Shown: positions 50,960 to 53,531 of the stretch, in pieces
How positions within the stretch are numbered: position 1 is the stretch's first letter
How the letters are laid out: each line of letters opens with the position of its first letter
Assembly (NCBI GenBank): GCA_947452755.1
Contig: CANGDT010000006.1
Coordinates: forward strand, 1-53,531
Length of the DNA: 53,531 nt
Reading direction: 5' to 3'
From: Actinomycetota bacterium
GTDB lineage: Bacteria > Actinomycetota > Actinomycetes > S36-B12 > UBA5976
Position numbers and translations under genes: made by a program
The notes under the pieces: generated by a model
The model's database searches: none
Seen by the model: the letters and a program-made list of their open reading frames with translations, nothing else
What the model was told of the DNA's origin: nothing

Positions 50960-51667
50960 CTAAATCAATTTTGCGACATCGCGTAGAAACGCATCGACAA
51001 GCTCGTTCACGCGGGTGAGTGCCTTGTCCTGTTCGGCACGGGTGTGAGCGACCAGCGCATCGGGATCTTGGCCGTCTTCTGCCACCAGGGCGCGACCCCC
51101 GTTGCCGTACCAACCGAGCAGCATGTCTTCGGTGAGCTCTGGGTGGAATTGCACACCGAGGCTACGTTCGTATGTGAATGCTTGGCTTGCTGAAGAATTG
51201 CGGGCAATTTCGGTTGCTACGGGCGGAAGTGTCCAGCGATCGTAGTGAAATTCAAACCATGGTCCGTCGCTGACAATGTCTGGTCGGTCTGAGTGAATGG
51301 CTGTCCAACCAATTTCAGGCTTAGGCGCCCGAGTTACCGAACCGCCCAGCACGCGGGCCAACAGCTGGCCACCAAAACAAATACCGAATACCGCAACATC
51401 GTTATCGAGGGCTTGCTGAATAAATTCCAGTTCGCCGCTGAGCCAGTTGCCAATGGAGGCATCATCCCAAGCACCCCAGGGTGCACCCATAGGGACGACC
51501 ACATCGAAGTCGGTCGGATCGGGGAATTCAAAATCAATATTTGGGGTATCGAATTTGTCGGCCGGTACAACCAGTGTGCGCACAACCTCAAAACCGTGGT
51601 GGGCAAATCGTTCTGCCACCGGTCCAGGCGGACTGACATGGTCGTGCTCGATTATCAGAACCCGCAT
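50960..51667 (-). CDS. Class I glutamine amidotransferase-like protein (probable gamma-glutamyl hydrolase)
   Basis: PMGAP, GICFGGQ, EIGW, VQFHPE (Cys-His-Glu triad). Confidence 0.88.
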   Translation of the reverse strand: MRVLIIEHDHVSPPGPVAERFAHHGFEVVRTLVVPADKFDTPNIDFEFPDPTDFDVVVPMGAPWGAWDDASIGNWLSGELEFIQQALDNDVAVFGICFGGQLLARVLGGSVTRAPKPEIGWTAIHSDRPDIVSDGPWFEFHYDRWTLPPVATEIARNSSASQAFTYERSLGVQFHPELTEDMLLGWYGNGGRALVAEDGQDPDALVAHTRAEQDKALTRVNELVDAFLRDVAKLI

Positions 51668-51747
51668 AAACCCGTCCTTGCAATAACGTAACCAAATTTT
51701 TCCCTATTTTGCCCTAGTTGGGGTCGGTTTGCGTCTAGTATCAGAAA

Positions 51748-51767
51748 ATCGTTCCGACCCTAACGAT
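51748..51767. promoter_or_regulatory. Putative MarR operator C
   Basis: ATCGTTCCGACCCTAACGAT, 16/20 match to site A, just upstream of the RBS of the GS-like gene. Confidence 0.7.
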
Positions 51768-51782
51768 TATCTCGGAGGACCA

Positions 51783-53129
51783 ATGGCGCTCGACCTGACT
51801 GCACTGCGCAAAGACCTGCAGAGCAAGAACATTGATGTGTTGCGTTTGATTTATGCAGACGTTCTCGGCATTACCCGATCGAAGGATTTGTTAGTTAGCC
51901 AGCTGGAAAATTCAGCCGCGCATGGCCCTGCGTTCTGTCAGGGCGTCTGGGTCACCACAACCCAAGGCGGAGTGCTCGATGGTCATGGAAGTATTTCCGA
52001 TGGCTTGTCGGACTTCGTGAGCCAGATTGTGCCAGCGAGTATTCATGAACTTCCATGGGAACCAGGTGTTGCCTATGGTGTTGCCAACGCATTCGAACCT
52101 GATGGCAGCGACAACCCAGTTGCTCCGCGTACCGCTTTACAGCGCGTACTGAATGAATACGCCGAATTGGGTTTGATCCCGGTCATTGGTACTGAACTCG
52201 AGTTCTACATTGCTGAACAAATCGAAGAACAGTGGAAGCCAATCCTTCATCGCAAGGGTCGCGTCTACACAACCGGTGCCATGGTGGATCGCGACGGATT
52301 GTTCTTGCATATGTTGCGCATGCTTGACCAAATGAATATTGGCATCTTTGCCGGTAACCACGAGTTCGCTCCGGGCCAATTTGAAATCAACATGTGGCAT
52401 GGCGAAGCAATGGAAACAACGGACCGCACATTGTTATTCAAAACTGCGCTGAAGGACATTGCAGCTCGTCGTGGATTGAACGCGACATTTCTGGGCAAGC
52501 CTTGGGCTGACTTAGAAGGTAGTGGTTTCCACTTGCACTTCTCGGTGACGGACATGAATGGCGAGAACAAAATGCATGACGGTGCTGAGTTGTCTGATAC
52601 CGCTAAGCACATGATTGCTGGCATCCTCCAGCACGCCAACGCATTGACCGCATTTGCTAACCCAACAGTCAACGCATTCAAGCGCCTTGGTCCAGACACG
52701 CTGGCACCAAGCCGGGCAAACTGGGGATATGACAACCGCGCAACAATGTTGCGTGTTCCACCAGAGCGTGGTGGCGGTACTCGCCTAGAAGTTCGCATCG
52801 GTGATGGTGCTGCAAATCCATACTTGGTTGTTGCATCTGTTCTGGCCGCTGGCCTTGATGGCATCAAGCGCAATTTGACGCCACCGGCTCATGCCGAAGG
52901 TTGGGCTTACGAAAATGAGGCAGACGCATTGTTGCCTGTGACATTTGCTGAAGCGCTGGATGCGTTGGATGCTGATCCGTTGTTCGCAGAAAAACTTGGT
53001 GCAACTGTTGTCCAGACTCACTTGACTTTGAAGCGCGATGAAATTGAGCGTTATGAAGCCGAAGTGTCTGACCCAGCTACCCGTGACATCACGGACTGGG
53101 AACTAAACGAATACATCTGGGATTTCTAA
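51783..53129 (+). CDS. Glutamine synthetase-like gamma-glutamyl-amine ligase (PuuA/IpuC/GlnA-like)
   Basis: GTELEFY, HEFAPGQFE, KP...GSGFHLHFS, NAFKRL, WGYDNR, RLEVR, ANPYL; GGAGGA RBS. Confidence 0.88.
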   Translation: MALDLTALRKDLQSKNIDVLRLIYADVLGITRSKDLLVSQLENSAAHGPAFCQGVWVTTTQGGVLDGHGSISDGLSDFVSQIVPASIHELPWEPGVAYGVANAFEPDGSDNPVAPRTALQRVLNEYAELGLIPVIGTELEFYIAEQIEEQWKPILHRKGRVYTTGAMVDRDGLFLHMLRMLDQMNIGIFAGNHEFAPGQFEINMWHGEAMETTDRTLLFKTALKDIAARRGLNATFLGKPWADLEGSGFHLHFSVTDMNGENKMHDGAELSDTAKHMIAGILQHANALTAFANPTVNAFKRLGPDTLAPSRANWGYDNRATMLRVPPERGGGTRLEVRIGDGAANPYLVVASVLAAGLDGIKRNLTPPAHAEGWAYENEADALLPVTFAEALDALDADPLFAEKLGATVVQTHLTLKRDEIERYEAEVSDPATRDITDWELNEYIWDF

Positions 53130-53139
53130 GTCTCAAAAT

Positions 53140-53176
53140 AAGTAAAGGCGACCCGATTGGGCCGCCTTTACTTTTT
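53140..53176. terminator. Bidirectional terminator
   Basis: AAGTAAAGGCGACCC-gatt-GGGCCGCCTTTACTTTTT. Confidence 0.8.
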
Positions 53177-53186
53177 AGTATTGAAA

Positions 53187-53531
53187 CTAGATTGGCTGGC
53201 TGCGATCGGCGATCAACGTCCCACCTGCGAATGTCACGCCTACTTCGCGGTAGTAGCCAGCGATGATTTCTTGGACGGGAAGGATTGAGGCAAGTTCGTC
53301 CCATTGCGAATCACCCAGAACTAATTCAGCATCGCCCTTCCAGGCTTGGCCAAGGTCAGCGTCAACTCCACCCATGGTGACGAGTTGATCCATGGTCATA
53401 CCTTTGCCACGTTCGATTGATGGCATCCAACGGTTGTGCAACATGGGGTGTCCATTAACGAAACCATTCTTTTCGACTGGTTCACGCAATGTGACGATGG
53501 CGCTTGCCAATCGGTGATCGTATGCCGACAA
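53187..53531 (-). CDS. C-terminal part of a probable acetoacetate-decarboxylase-family protein (runs off window end)
   Basis: Open frame to the window edge; HNRWMPSIE...AWKGDAELVL...ELASILPVQEIIAGYY...FAGG resembles ADC-family C-termini. Confidence 0.6.
   Translation of the reverse strand: MSAYDHRLASAIVTLREPVEKNGFVNGHPMLHNRWMPSIERGKGMTMDQLVTMGGVDADLGQAWKGDAELVLGDSQWDELASILPVQEIIAGYYREVGVTFAGGTLIADRSQPI

Noticed and set aside
51783-53129. Housekeeping glutamine synthetase glnA1
   Set aside because: Divergent N-terminal region, no recognisable adenylylation-site motif, and context with GATases and P450 indicate a gamma-glutamyl-amine ligase

Overview
Chromosomal segment of a moderate-GC (roughly 50% by eye) actinobacterium, plausibly a streamlined freshwater lineage (inferred from gene content, compact intergenic spaces and pervasive leaderless promoters). 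Core blocks: dnaK-grpE-dnaJ-hspR with HAIR operators; pyrE-dedA-fbaA-DUF3151-purA; purD-purB-purC; glgA(glgM)/glgC; ppk1-mutT1; and the conserved mshD-glnR-thioredoxin-DUF4395-cysA-sseC-FABP-nur-ygfZ-dtd-asparaginase block. That block includes two sORFs missing from the ORF track: a Cys-Cys leader peptide and a 33-aa membrane peptide. Accessory parts: a Rieske oxygenase/HutD-like/ferredoxin module, a pair of peptidase-S51-like genes (one fused to a CysRS anticodon-binding-like domain), a 753-aa secreted surface protein, and a catabolic island from 43.5 kb to the window end. The island combines a glutamine-synthetase-like ligase, two glutamine amidotransferase-type hydrolases, a P450/ferredoxin/reductase set and extradiol ring-cleavage genes; a MarR gene is present and a 20-bp palindrome precedes three of the transcription units. 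Several genes end in short tandem duplications of their own stop-codon region. No rRNA, tRNA, CRISPR array, integrase or transposase was recognised. All calls are from motif recognition and recall; no searches were run.
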